Assembly: GCA_007118855.1 (NCBI GenBank)
Contig: SKQU01000127.1
Location: forward strand, 5,660-69,659
Origin: Spirochaetaceae bacterium
GTDB lineage: Bacteria; Spirochaetota; Spirochaetia; DSM-27196; SLST01
Length of the DNA stretch: 64,000 nucleotides
Direction of reading: 5' to 3'
Below are positions 9,965 through 19,454 of this stretch, one piece after another; position 1 is the stretch's first letter, and every line of letters begins with the position of its first letter. The notes under the pieces were generated by a model that had not been told where the DNA came from, made no database searches, and saw only the letters and a list, made by a program, of their open reading frames with translations. A program made the translations under genes and the position numbers.

Positions 9965-10930
9965 CTACGGGCCGCGTGTCGGTGCCGACGGAGCATCCAA
10001 CCGCAACGGATCGACCGGTCGGCCGCGGTGGAACACCATGTAGTGGATTGCGTCGTCGGTGAAGCCGATCAGCGATTCCCGGTACACGAGCTCGCCGTGA
10101 CGGACGACCGGTTCGATCGGCCCGGAGATAATGATGCTCCATGCGGCGCGTGCGTTCGTGATCTGCAGCCGCAGTCCGAGCGGAGTATCTGCGTGAACCC
10201 GGACGATGCCGGTCAGGGGTGCGCGAACCGGTGCGCGTCCTCCTGACCGCGGGGCAACCGTCATTCCTGCGAGGAGCGGGTTCTCAGCCCCGGCCTCCTC
10301 GAAGTCCTTGCGCGTCTCGTACTCACCGAACAGAGGCACCCCGGACGGTTCGGCGAGGGGGTACGCGTGCACTGCGGGCCGGGCCGGGCTGAGCCCGAAG
10401 GTCCGTTCGATCCACGTGACCGGGTTGACGTCCGCGACCCAATCGGTTCCGCGCTGATGGCCGGTGGCGATCGCAAAGTGGAGATGCGGTTCGAGCAACT
10501 GCGTCCACGTTCCGGTTCGGCCGATGAGGCCGAACGGTTCGCCTTGCGACACCCGCCGCGGCTCGTCGATCGTTGACTCGGAAAGGTGTGCGTAGTAGTA
10601 GGTGCGGTTGTCGTCACCGTGCAGCAGGACAGCGATTCCGCCCCGGGGATTGTCGAGACGCGAGGCCTCTCCTGCGATGACCGCCACGACGCTCCTCTCG
10701 TAGAATTCCTGACGCTCCGGAGCACCCGGGGGGAAGTCCGGGCTGACTCCTATGTCGACCGCAAGATTGCCGTCCCAGTGGCGCTCTTCCCACCAGAGGA
10801 TGCTTGTGTCTCCCTCGACGGGAAAGACATAACGCTCGGCGTACACCGATTGCGCGGCGCACACGAGGCAGAGGCACAGGATGAACACGAAACGGCCGGG
10901 AAGACCGCGCTGCCCGATCACCCGCCGCAT
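9965..10930 (-). CDS. Secreted M23 (LytM-type) peptidase-family protein
   Basis: ORF 9965-10966. Likely start is M13 (10930), giving a signal peptide MRRVIGQRGLPGRFVFILCLCLVCAAQSVYA. YYYAHLSE and EPHLHFAI motifs are present. The first HxxxD motif reads NLAVD. Confidence 0.7.
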   Translation of the reverse strand: MRRVIGQRGLPGRFVFILCLCLVCAAQSVYAERYVFPVEGDTSILWWEERHWDGNLAVDIGVSPDFPPGAPERQEFYERSVVAVIAGEASRLDNPRGGIAVLLHGDDNRTYYYAHLSESTIDEPRRVSQGEPFGLIGRTGTWTQLLEPHLHFAIATGHQRGTDWVADVNPVTWIERTFGLSPARPAVHAYPLAEPSGVPLFGEYETRKDFEEAGAENPLLAGMTVAPRSGGRAPVRAPLTGIVRVHADTPLGLRLQITNARAAWSIIISGPIEPVVRHGELVYRESLIGFTDDAIHYMVFHRGRPVDPLRLDAPSAPTRGP

Positions 10931-10934
10931 CCGT

Positions 10935-11891
10935 CTATTGCAGCCCGCCGAGATCGATGAACGCATAGATCATGTTGGACATCGCGGCGCGCTCGGGAAC
11001 CGAAGGTCTATACACGATTCGCCCATTGTCTCCCACGAGCGTTACCAGGAAGTGCCGCGAACCGAGCATCGCGGTCAGCCGGCTGGTGGTCGACGCGTCG
11101 GCTTCCTTGACGAGGGCCTCCCGCAGAAGCGTACCGTCGGTCTCCCTGATGGGTTCGGAATCAAGGACGATCGGTTCGATCGGATCGATCGGATCGCCTC
11201 CTTCTGTTGTGATGAACGCGGCCTGCAGCCCAAACGGCGTGTCGCGGTCGACGTACTGGACCGTGAGGATCAAACGCGCCTCCTTCTCCGGGTCGGCGAT
11301 CGACAGGTACACACCGGTCTGGTCGAGTTGCAGCCGGGTATCGAACATCACCGGCGGTGTCTGCGCAGTGTCCACCCCGATCCCCGGAGCGGACGATGCG
11401 AGTCGCTGCGCTGCCCGCGGATCGTTCCGCAGGCCAATGTAGGGGACGCGCTCCAATCGCGGATCGTCAGAGGGTTCAGGCGGCGCCGAATCGGTGTCGG
11501 TCTCCAGGGTCGCAGGCACCGGCTCCACGACTTCGATGACGCCTGCAGCAGCCCGTAGCCGGTCGAGCTCTCGCTCGAGTCCGTCGAGCTCGTGCTGGAG
11601 ATCGAGGCGGTCCTCGCGCAGCGTACCGAGTTGTCCTAACGCGCGGGTAAGAGCATCCTGAAGCCCCTCGAAGTCGGTCTCGAGACGAGCGATCCGCTCG
11701 TCTCGTTCGGCAAGGCCGGCGGTTGCGCGAGTGAGCTCGTTCTCAAGCTGCCTGATCTCGTCGCTGAGACACTGATCCTCGGGAGTCGAGAGCTCTTCAG
11801 CCGGAGGGGTGCGGCAGCCGGAAAGAGAGGTGACGATGGCGGCCGAAGCGGCAAGCAGCAGATAGGGCGCGAAGCGCCGGAGGATGCGCAT
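10935..11891 (-). CDS. Lipoprotein with coiled-coil segment, function unknown
   Basis: Start at MRILRR (11891) gives a lipobox LAASAAIVTSLSG-C. Heptad-like region EIRQLENELTRATAGLAERDERIARLETDFEGLQ. Its stop lies 4 nt before the M23 gene start. Confidence 0.5.
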   Translation of the reverse strand: MRILRRFAPYLLLAASAAIVTSLSGCRTPPAEELSTPEDQCLSDEIRQLENELTRATAGLAERDERIARLETDFEGLQDALTRALGQLGTLREDRLDLQHELDGLERELDRLRAAAGVIEVVEPVPATLETDTDSAPPEPSDDPRLERVPYIGLRNDPRAAQRLASSAPGIGVDTAQTPPVMFDTRLQLDQTGVYLSIADPEKEARLILTVQYVDRDTPFGLQAAFITTEGGDPIDPIEPIVLDSEPIRETDGTLLREALVKEADASTTSRLTAMLGSRHFLVTLVGDNGRIVYRPSVPERAAMSNMIYAFIDLGGLQ

Positions 11892-11992
11892 GGGTGGATT
11901 GTCCGTCACGGCATCGATTTGATCAAGCCCACCAGTTGTGGTACCCTCAGATCACTATCGGCCGGCTCTTTGCGGCCTTACCGTGAGGTTGT

Positions 11993-13846
11993 ATGGGAAG
12001 GGGAACAACCGCCGCGGCAAAACGCGGCGTCGCGGCGAAGCGCGACCAGGCGTCTGCATCCAGGAAGCAGGCCTACGACGAAAGCAAGATAAAAACGCTG
12101 AGCTCCCTCGAGCATATCCGCCTGCGGACCGGAATGTACATAGGACGGCTCGGTGACGGATCGAACCTCGACGACGGCATCTATATCCTGCTGAAGGAAG
12201 TGATCGACAATGCAGTCGACGAGTACATCATGGGAGCAGGGTCGACGATCCAGATAGACGTGAAAGGTCGTCGGGTGAGAGTTCGTGACTACGGACGAGG
12301 TATTCCGCTCGGCAAGGTCATCGAGTGCGTCAGTGTCATTAACACCGGCGCGAAGTATAACGACGATGTGTTCCAGTTCTCGGTCGGGCTGAACGGCGTC
12401 GGCACGAAGGCAGTCAATGCGTTGAGCAGTGAGTTCCGTGTGGTCTCCATGCGCGACGGCAGGTATACGGAGGCACTCTTCCGCCAGGGAACGCTGATCC
12501 ACGAGAAGTCAGGCAAGACCAGGGAGAAGAACGGAACGTACATCGAGTTCGAGCCCGACGAGGATATCTTCGAGGAGTACGAGTTCAACAATGAGTTCAT
12601 AGAACAACGCCTGTGGAACTACGCCTACCTCAACAGTGGGCTTACGCTCTGCCTTGGCAAACAGAAGTTCGAGAGCAGGAACGGTCTCCACGATCTGCTG
12701 TACAGCGAGGTGGGCGATGAGACCGTCTACCCCATCGCCTATCACAAGGGCGAGCGGCTGGAGATCGCGCTGACCCATACGCAGAACTACGGCGAGACCT
12801 ACTTCAGTTTCGTGAACGGTCAGTACACCTCGGACGGCGGAACCCATCAGAGCGCCTTTCGGGAGGGCCTGCTCAAGGGTGTGAACGAGTTCTACAAGAA
12901 GAACTTCTCCGGTGTGGACGTCCGTGAAGGGGTCGCCGGCGCGATCGCGATCCGGATCAAGAACCCGGTCTTCGAGAGCCAGACGAAGAACAAGCTCGGG
13001 AACACGGAGATCCGCAGCTGGATCATCAACGAGACGAAGAGCGCCATCGTCGACTTCCTGCACAAGAATGCGAAGGCGAACAAGGCGCTCCTGGACAAGG
13101 TTCTCAGCAACGAGCGGTTGCGGAAGGAGCTCAATGCGGTTAAGAAGGAGGCCCGCGAGGCGGCGAAGAAGATCGCGCTCAAGATCCCCAATCTCAAGGA
13201 CTGCAAGTTCCATCTTCAGGACGGTCAGAAGGGGAGAGAATCGACGATATTCATCACCGAGGGCGCAAGCGCCTCCGGGAGCATGGTAAGCTGCCGTGAC
13301 GTCTACCGGCAGGCCATCTTCAGCCTGCGCGGCAAGCCCCAGAACGTCCACTCACGCAAGCGCGCGGATCTGTACCGGAACGAAGAACTGTACAACATGA
13401 TGATGGCCCTCGGAATCGAGAACGATGTGGAGGAGTTGCGCTACGACAGAATCGTGATTGCTACCGACGCCGACTACGACGGTTTTCACATTCGCAATCT
13501 CCTGCTGACGTTCTTCCTGAACTACTTCGAGGACCTTGTGGTGACCGGACGCCTGTGCATACTCGAGACTCCTCTCTTCAGGGTGCGAAACAAGCGTGAG
13601 ACTCGCTACTGCTACAGCATGAAAGAGCGCGATCAGGCGATGAAGGAGCTTTCGAGTCCCGAGGTCACGAGGTTCAAGGGACTCGGGGAGATCTCCCCGA
13701 GCGAGTTTGGGCAGTTCATTGGTCCGGACATACGCCTCGTCCCCGTCAACCTGAAGAATATCAAGAGCATACAGGCGACGCTCGAATTCTACATGGGCAA
13801 GAACACGCCGGAGCGCCGCGAGTTCATCATGGAGAATCTGATATAG
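11993..13846 (+). CDS. parE: Type IIA topoisomerase ATPase subunit, ParE-like (topoisomerase IV subunit B)
   Basis: 617 aa. GHKL ATPase motifs (LEHIRLRTGMYIG, EVIDNAVDE, GLNGVGTKAVNALS), Toprim (FITEGASASG, IATDADYDGFHI). Called ParE because the partner A subunit is too short for GyrA. Confidence 0.8.
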   Translation: MGRGTTAAAKRGVAAKRDQASASRKQAYDESKIKTLSSLEHIRLRTGMYIGRLGDGSNLDDGIYILLKEVIDNAVDEYIMGAGSTIQIDVKGRRVRVRDYGRGIPLGKVIECVSVINTGAKYNDDVFQFSVGLNGVGTKAVNALSSEFRVVSMRDGRYTEALFRQGTLIHEKSGKTREKNGTYIEFEPDEDIFEEYEFNNEFIEQRLWNYAYLNSGLTLCLGKQKFESRNGLHDLLYSEVGDETVYPIAYHKGERLEIALTHTQNYGETYFSFVNGQYTSDGGTHQSAFREGLLKGVNEFYKKNFSGVDVREGVAGAIAIRIKNPVFESQTKNKLGNTEIRSWIINETKSAIVDFLHKNAKANKALLDKVLSNERLRKELNAVKKEAREAAKKIALKIPNLKDCKFHLQDGQKGRESTIFITEGASASGSMVSCRDVYRQAIFSLRGKPQNVHSRKRADLYRNEELYNMMMALGIENDVEELRYDRIVIATDADYDGFHIRNLLLTFFLNYFEDLVVTGRLCILETPLFRVRNKRETRYCYSMKERDQAMKELSSPEVTRFKGLGEISPSEFGQFIGPDIRLVPVNLKNIKSIQATLEFYMGKNTPERREFIMENLI

Positions 13847-15760
13847 ATGGCCTACGTAGACACGCTGTTCAACACGAACTTCCTCGAATACGCGAGCTAC
13901 GTTATCAAGGACCGCGCGATACCGCATCTGGACGACGGGCTGAAGCCGGTTCAGCGCCGAATTCTGCACAGCCTGCTGGAGATGGACGACGGCAAGTACC
14001 ACAAGGTGGCGAATGTCGTCGGCCATTGCATGCAGTATCATCCCCACGGCGATGCATCGATCAACTCGGCGCTCGTCGTGCTTGCGAACAAGGACCTGTT
14101 CATAGACAAACAGGGCAATTTCGGCAACATACTCACCGGCGATGAGGCGAGTGCTCCGCGATACATCGAGTGCAGGGCGACTCCGCTGGCGAGGCGCATG
14201 CTCTATCAGCCCGACATCACCGAATACGAGCCGTCCTACGATGGACGTCGAAAGGAGCCGGTGGTCTTCCCGGCCAAGTTTCCGGTGGTGCTCGCGCTCG
14301 GAGCAGAGGGAATTGCCGTCGGGATGTCGACGAGAATTCTCCCGCATAACTTCATTGAGGTGTGTGAGGCGGTACAGCGGGCCCTGCGCGGTGAGCCGTT
14401 CGAGCTGTTTCCGGATTTTCCCGGCGGCGGGTACGTGGATGTATCCGGATACGACGACGGCCAGGGAAAGGTTCTCGTGCGCGCCAAGCTCGACACGTCG
14501 GATCCAAAGCGTATCGTGATCCGGGAGCTTCCGTACGGATCCACGACTGAGAGTCTCATCAACAGTGTGGAGGCGGCGGCGCGGAAAAACAAGGTGAAGA
14601 TCGCCTCGATCAGCGACTTCACCGCGGAGCATGTGGAGATAGAGATCAAGCTCGCCCGAGGCGTCTATACGCAAGAGGTCGTCGACTCGCTGTTTGCGTT
14701 CACCGAGTGCGAGAACTCGATCAGCGCCAATCTCCTCGTTATCAAGGACGGGAAACCCACCCTGATGACCGTGACGGAGGTCATTCAGCACCACGCGAGG
14801 CGGCTCGTCGCGGTACTCAACCAGGAGCTCGAGCTCGAACGCGGCCAGCTGCTCGACCGTCTGCACGCGCGGGCGCTCGAGCGGATCTTCGTGGAGGAGC
14901 GGCTGTACAAGCGGATCGAGGAGGAGAAGACTGCGGACGCCGTCACGAAGACCGTGATCGAGGGGTTTGAGCCGTTTCGCAACGAGATACGCCGGAAGGT
15001 TACCGTGGAGGATGTCGAACGCCTCCTCAAGATACCCATCAGGCGGATCTCGCGTTACGACATTGAGCGGGCAAGGAAGGAGATCGCCGAGATCAAGGAG
15101 CGCCTGAGCGAGGTCAGGCACCATCTCGCCAATATCACCGACTACGCCATCGACTACCTGGGAGACGTCATGGGCGACTACCAAAGCGCCTATCCGCGGC
15201 GGACCGAGATCGGGAGCTTCGAGCGAGTAGACGTCCGGGAAGCCGCCGTGCGGAACCTGAGTCTGCGCTACGATTCCTCGAGCGGCTACCTCGGGTATAA
15301 CCTCTCGTCGGGGAAAGAGCTCTTCAAGGTCTCGCCCTACGATCGAGTGCTGGTCATCCGGGCGAGCGGGACCTACTCGGTGATCACAGTTCCGGAGAAA
15401 CTGTTCGTCGACAAGGGCATGCTTTCCTGCGGCCTTGCGGACAAGGAGGTGCTTGCGTCCAGGGTGTTCAGCATCGTCTACAAGGACCGCAAGACACACT
15501 ATCCCTACCTGAAACGAACGCGGATCGAGCAGTATATCCTGGACAAGGGGTACGAGATCGTTCCGTCCGGGACGACCGTGCTCGCGCTGACGACGCGGGA
15601 CGGTGTCGTGGCGAACGTGAAGTACCGCAAGAAGAAGAATATCCGGGTGCTCGAGGAGGACTTCGACGTCGATGACTACCTGATCAAGGGGGTCAAGGCG
15701 CTCGGAGTTCGCCTGGCGACGCGCGAGGCCACCAGCGCGCGGTTCGTCGCCAGGCGCTGA
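13847..15760 (+). CDS. parC: Type IIA topoisomerase DNA-cleavage subunit, ParC-like (topoisomerase IV subunit A)
   Basis: 637 aa. LKPVQRRIL, HPHGD, and catalytic-Tyr region SAPRYIECR. The C-terminal domain is much shorter than the roughly 800+ aa GyrA form. Starts 1 nt after the parE stop. Confidence 0.8.
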   Translation: MAYVDTLFNTNFLEYASYVIKDRAIPHLDDGLKPVQRRILHSLLEMDDGKYHKVANVVGHCMQYHPHGDASINSALVVLANKDLFIDKQGNFGNILTGDEASAPRYIECRATPLARRMLYQPDITEYEPSYDGRRKEPVVFPAKFPVVLALGAEGIAVGMSTRILPHNFIEVCEAVQRALRGEPFELFPDFPGGGYVDVSGYDDGQGKVLVRAKLDTSDPKRIVIRELPYGSTTESLINSVEAAARKNKVKIASISDFTAEHVEIEIKLARGVYTQEVVDSLFAFTECENSISANLLVIKDGKPTLMTVTEVIQHHARRLVAVLNQELELERGQLLDRLHARALERIFVEERLYKRIEEEKTADAVTKTVIEGFEPFRNEIRRKVTVEDVERLLKIPIRRISRYDIERARKEIAEIKERLSEVRHHLANITDYAIDYLGDVMGDYQSAYPRRTEIGSFERVDVREAAVRNLSLRYDSSSGYLGYNLSSGKELFKVSPYDRVLVIRASGTYSVITVPEKLFVDKGMLSCGLADKEVLASRVFSIVYKDRKTHYPYLKRTRIEQYILDKGYEIVPSGTTVLALTTRDGVVANVKYRKKKNIRVLEEDFDVDDYLIKGVKALGVRLATREATSARFVARR

Positions 15761-15768
15761 TGTCGGTG

Positions 15769-15791
15769 CGAAGGGGCGCTATTCCCCTTCG
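15769..15791 (+). terminator. Terminator-like hairpin after parC
   Basis: Perfect 8-bp stem CGAAGGGG / CCCCTTCG with a 7-nt loop, 9 nt after the parC stop. No U-tract follows. Confidence 0.45.
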
Positions 15792-15818
15792 TGGCGAACG
15801 GGCGGTATACTACGGCCG

Positions 15819-16739
15819 ATGCGGGTGAAGGCGCGAGTCCGGACACTGGCGAGCCGTGCGTTGGCTGAGTCGATGGAAGTCAAGACGATGGTCCATCTGG
15901 TGCGGCGCCTGTTCGGCACATACGATCTCCATGAACGTACCGGGTTCCCGGCGTCGGTACCTATTCCCAATCGCGATGCCGCTCGGCAGATCGTTGACGA
16001 TGTCGTCGAAGCGGGGCGTTTTCTCGAGTTTGCCGCGCTCATGCTCGAAGTCGAGCGGCTCGGGATGGAGGGGAGGAAGTACCGGTTCCCCCGGCTGCAC
16101 GCGATCGTTCGCGAAATACTGGAGACCGGGTACTGCTTTGACGAACAGACGCGCGTCTTTGTAGAGGACAGTACCATTCGCACGACCCGTAACTGGGGTG
16201 TTCTGCGTGAGGGCGAAACGTACGTGATGGCGTTCCTCGGGATCGACGTGGTGGGCAATTCAGATCTGGTGCGTCGGCACGGACAGGCGGCAATGAGCGA
16301 TCTCTACCGGGCCTTGCGCAATCTCGTCGCGACGTCCGCCGGCCGTCGCAATGGCCGTCTGTGGGGTTGGGAAGGCGACGGCGGGATCGTCGCCTATACT
16401 TTTGAAGAGCAGAATCTCCGCGCGACGCTCACCGGAATGGAGCTCCTGAACGAGTTGCTCATCTACAATCTGGTTGAGTGCCCGCTGGACGCGGGGCTCC
16501 ACGTGCGAATGACCGTCCACAACGGGACCTGCGAGTATACCGACAGCGGAGCGGAGCTGAAGTGCGATACGCTCAAGCGCCTCTGGGAGATCGACACCCT
16601 GCACGGAATGCCGGACACGATGATCGTGACCGATTCGGTCTATCCGAGTCTCGACAGGGTCGTCGCCACCGGCCTGAAGCCGGTTGATGTAGCCGAAGAT
16701 CAGCGGTTCTACGCCTACTCGGTGAGGTTCGCGGACTGA
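15819..16739 (+). CDS. Cyclase-homology-domain (class III nucleotidyl cyclase-like) protein, catalytic Asn/Arg not conserved
   Basis: 306 aa. The C-terminal half aligns by eye to the CHD: VMAFLGIDVVG (F-x-D-x-x-G), WEGDGGIVAYTF (GD), LHVRMTVHNG (RIGIHTG-like), CDTLKRLWEID where GDTVNxAxRxE is expected. Start uncertain. Confidence 0.5.
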   Translation: MRVKARVRTLASRALAESMEVKTMVHLVRRLFGTYDLHERTGFPASVPIPNRDAARQIVDDVVEAGRFLEFAALMLEVERLGMEGRKYRFPRLHAIVREILETGYCFDEQTRVFVEDSTIRTTRNWGVLREGETYVMAFLGIDVVGNSDLVRRHGQAAMSDLYRALRNLVATSAGRRNGRLWGWEGDGGIVAYTFEEQNLRATLTGMELLNELLIYNLVECPLDAGLHVRMTVHNGTCEYTDSGAELKCDTLKRLWEIDTLHGMPDTMIVTDSVYPSLDRVVATGLKPVDVAEDQRFYAYSVRFAD

Positions 16740-16740
16740 G

Positions 16741-17730
16741 ATGACCGTATACGTCGTCACAAACAGCCGAACCGTTCGCGCCTCATTCGCCGCAATCGAC
16801 CGAAGCAGGACGTACACGGTGGAGTACGCCGCGGTGAAGGATCTTGGCGAGACTCTGCGACGGGCAGCCACCGTTCCCGAGTCGTTCGTCTACATGGACG
16901 CGGGCGGGATGGATCAGCCTACTCTCAGACGTCGCCTGCGCCGGCTTGAGAACGAGCGCCCGTACCGGTTCGGTGTGATTGACCATCAGGGACGCGTCTG
17001 CGACGTCGCAGAGCTCTTCCACAGCACCGCTGCCGATTACCTGGGGAAGTCGATGCTCGCGGCCGGGATTACCACAGCACGTCTGCGGCGCGTCGTCGAG
17101 TACGAACCGGCGCTGCCCGCCCGCCCGGCGGACGCGCATGTTCCCGAGCACGAACGCCATCGTTTCACGCCGTCAGGTTCGGATTGGACTGAGGTCGAAG
17201 ACGGGAAGGTGTATACCTTCCTTATGGTCTATGCAGGGCTCGACCAGGCCGGAGACCTGCGGCGAAAATCGAGCGAGGGGTTCCTCGCGGCGCTCCGCAG
17301 GAGCTTCAGCGGCATGCTCGAGCGAGCGTTTGCCGAGTACGCCGCCCGGGTGTGGATGTGGAAGGAGGACGAGGGGCTGCTCCTGATGCCGTTCGACGGA
17401 CGCGGGATGGACGCGGTCATCCCCGCGCTCCGTCTCGTACTGAACCGGACGGTCATCAATGCCGAGGAGTTCTCGCAGTTCGGTGAGCTCAGCTGGCGCC
17501 TCGCGCTGCACCTCGGGAACACGACGTACCGGTCGAGCGGACGAACCGGCGCGATCGTCTCGGAATCCGTGAACTTCCTGTTTCACCTCGGATCGCGGTT
17601 CGTGGAGCCCGGGGGGCTCGCCGTGACCGGACCCTGCCATGCGCTCGTGCCCGAAGGGATCCGCCCGCTCCTGAACCATTGCGGTCTGTTCGAGTCGGTA
17701 CAGGTCTACACCTTGCGCGAGCGGATGTGA
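16741..17730 (+). CDS. Receiver-like N-domain plus degenerate cyclase-homology domain protein
   Basis: 329 aa, ATG 1 nt after the previous stop. N-terminus resembles a CheY-like fold (MTVYVVTN...VYMDAGG...FGVIDHQG). C-terminus is CHD-like: [48 protein letters not shown] (Asn kept, Arg position is His). Confidence 0.5.
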   Translation: MTVYVVTNSRTVRASFAAIDRSRTYTVEYAAVKDLGETLRRAATVPESFVYMDAGGMDQPTLRRRLRRLENERPYRFGVIDHQGRVCDVAELFHSTAADYLGKSMLAAGITTARLRRVVEYEPALPARPADAHVPEHERHRFTPSGSDWTEVEDGKVYTFLMVYAGLDQAGDLRRKSSEGFLAALRRSFSGMLERAFAEYAARVWMWKEDEGLLLMPFDGRGMDAVIPALRLVLNRTVINAEEFSQFGELSWRLALHLGNTTYRSSGRTGAIVSESVNFLFHLGSRFVEPGGLAVTGPCHALVPEGIRPLLNHCGLFESVQVYTLRERM

Positions 17731-17749
17731 CCGGGAGCGCAGGCGGGGC

Positions 17750-17780
17750 CCGGGTCCCGGCCGACGCACCGGGTCCCGGC
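17750..17780 (+). terminator. GC-rich hairpin (two CCGGGTCCCGGC copies) after the cyclase-like pair
   Basis: 12-mer CCGGGTCCCGGC at 17750-17761 and 17769-17780. The near-palindromic copies can pair as an 11-bp stem with one central T-T mismatch and a 7-nt loop. Begins 20 nt after the stop at 17730. Confidence 0.45.
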
Positions 17781-17828
17781 GGCTGCCCGTTGGCAGTTCC
17801 TCCGCGGATCAGTACCTTAGAGGAACCC

Positions 17829-19454
17829 ATGGACATAGCACACGAGATCTCCCGTCGACGAACATTCGGGATCATCAGCCACCCGGACGCCGGGAAGACG
17901 ACGCTCACCGAGAAGCTGTTGCTGTTCGGAGGCAGCATCCGAAGCGCCGGGGCCGTTAAGTCGAACAAGATCCGGAAGACTGCCGCTTCCGACTTCATGG
18001 AGATCGAGAAGCAGCGGGGCATCTCGGTTGCCACGTCGGTCATGAGCTTCGAGTATCGCGGGCAGCTCATCAACATTCTCGACACTCCGGGCCACCGGGA
18101 CTTCGCTGAGGACACGTACCGGACGCTGACCGCCGTCGACAGCGTCATCCTCGTCGTCGATTCGGTGAAGGGCGTGGAGGAACAGACCGAGCGGCTGATG
18201 GAGGTCTGCCGGATGCGGAACACGCCGGTGATCATCTTCATCAACAAGCTCGACCGCGAAGGGCGACCGTCTTTCGAGCTTCTCGATGAGATCGAAGAGA
18301 AGCTGCAGATCGCCGTGCGCCCGCTTACCTGGCCGATCGGGATGGGGCGCGGATTCCGGGGGGTGTACAATCTCCGGGAGCAGAACCTCTACCTCTTCCA
18401 GGCCGGGAAGACCGTTGTCGAGAACGACCGGATACTCGTTGAGCGGCTCGACGATCCGATGCTCGAGAACCTGCTTGGTTCTGCGGCTGACCAGCTTCGC
18501 GAAGATGTCGAGCTGATAGACGGGGTGTACGAGCCTCTCGACGAGGCCGAGTACCGTGGCGCAAACGTGGCACCCGTGTTTTTCGGGAGCGCGCTGAACA
18601 ATTTCGGCGTGCGCGAGTTGCTCGAGACCTTTGTGAGACTCGCGCCGACGCCGACTCCCCGGGATTCCGACCTGCGCACGGTACAGCCGAGCGAGGCGAA
18701 GTTTTCCGGGTTCGTGTTCAAGATCCATGCGAATCTCGACCCGCGTCACCGCGATCGGATCGCATTCCTGCGCGTCTGTTCCGGGGTCTTCCGCAAGGAC
18801 GTCGCCTTTCACCACGTGCGTCAGGGCAGGAGCATCCGCTTCTCGCGTCCCTACAGCTTCATGGCTGAGCGCAAGGCCGTCGTCGATGAAGCCTATCCCG
18901 GGGATGTCGTGGGGCTCTACGATCGCGGAGACCTGAAGATCGGCGATACCCTGACCGAGGGAGAGAACCTTGTCTTCCGCGGTATCCCGAGCTTCGCTCC
19001 CGAGATCTTCAAGGAACTCGTCTCGACCGATCCCATGCGGTCGAAACAGCTGGACAAGGGGATCCAGCAGCTGACCGAGGAAGGGGTCGCCCAGCTGTTC
19101 ATCCAGGACCGGGGACGCCGCAAGATCGTCGGCGCTGTTGGCGAGCTGCAGTTCGAGGTCATCCAGTATCGCCTGACGAACGAGTACGGGGCCGCGTGCC
19201 GGCTGGAACCGCTCCCGTATGCCCGGGCCTGCTGGCTCACGTCTGACGATCCGAAGGTGCTCGCCGAGTTCATGAGGTACCGCGACCGCCAGGTCGCGTA
19301 CGATCGCGACCGACGACCCGTCTACCTCGCCGAGAGCGAGTGGATGCTGCGCTCCATGATCCGGGACAACGCGAAGGTGATGTTCCACTTCACGTCCGAG
19401 TTCAAGACGGCATCATCCGGCGAGACCGATGAGGACAGCGCGTCAGTCGCGTAG
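17829..19454 (+). CDS. prfC: Peptide chain release factor 3 (translational GTPase)
   Basis: ORF is open from 17679, but the homologous N-terminus is [31 protein letters not shown] at ATG 17829. G-motifs AGKT, DTPGH, NKLD. 541 aa from that start. Confidence 0.9.
   Translation: MDIAHEISRRRTFGIISHPDAGKTTLTEKLLLFGGSIRSAGAVKSNKIRKTAASDFMEIEKQRGISVATSVMSFEYRGQLINILDTPGHRDFAEDTYRTLTAVDSVILVVDSVKGVEEQTERLMEVCRMRNTPVIIFINKLDREGRPSFELLDEIEEKLQIAVRPLTWPIGMGRGFRGVYNLREQNLYLFQAGKTVVENDRILVERLDDPMLENLLGSAADQLREDVELIDGVYEPLDEAEYRGANVAPVFFGSALNNFGVRELLETFVRLAPTPTPRDSDLRTVQPSEAKFSGFVFKIHANLDPRHRDRIAFLRVCSGVFRKDVAFHHVRQGRSIRFSRPYSFMAERKAVVDEAYPGDVVGLYDRGDLKIGDTLTEGENLVFRGIPSFAPEIFKELVSTDPMRSKQLDKGIQQLTEEGVAQLFIQDRGRRKIVGAVGELQFEVIQYRLTNEYGAACRLEPLPYARACWLTSDDPKVLAEFMRYRDRQVAYDRDRRPVYLAESEWMLRSMIRDNAKVMFHFTSEFKTASSGETDEDSASVA

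Noticed and set aside
11169-11196. Tandem GATCGGATC-like DNA repeat
   Set aside because: It lies inside the lipoprotein CDS and simply encodes a short PIDPIEPI peptide repeat. It is not an independent repeat element.
13352-15499. 715-aa ORF on the minus strand
   Set aside because: It lies antisense across parE/parC. The translation is a low-complexity Arg/Leu/Val/Asp-rich shadow with no motif, while the plus strand encodes unmistakable topoisomerase motifs. This is a typical long antisense ORF of GC-rich DNA.
11993-15760. Calling the topoisomerase pair gyrB/gyrA
   Set aside because: The A subunit, at 637 aa, lacks the length needed for a full GyrA C-terminal beta-pinwheel with a GyrA box. 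ParE/ParC is the more consistent call, although only phylogeny can settle it.
17679-17828. 50-codon upstream extension of prfC, and similar extensions of sdhB (28677-29288) and sdhA (30431-30742)
   Set aside because: The homologous N-termini begin at internal starts with good RBSs. The extensions overlap neighbouring genes or lie antisense to them and carry no conserved sequence.
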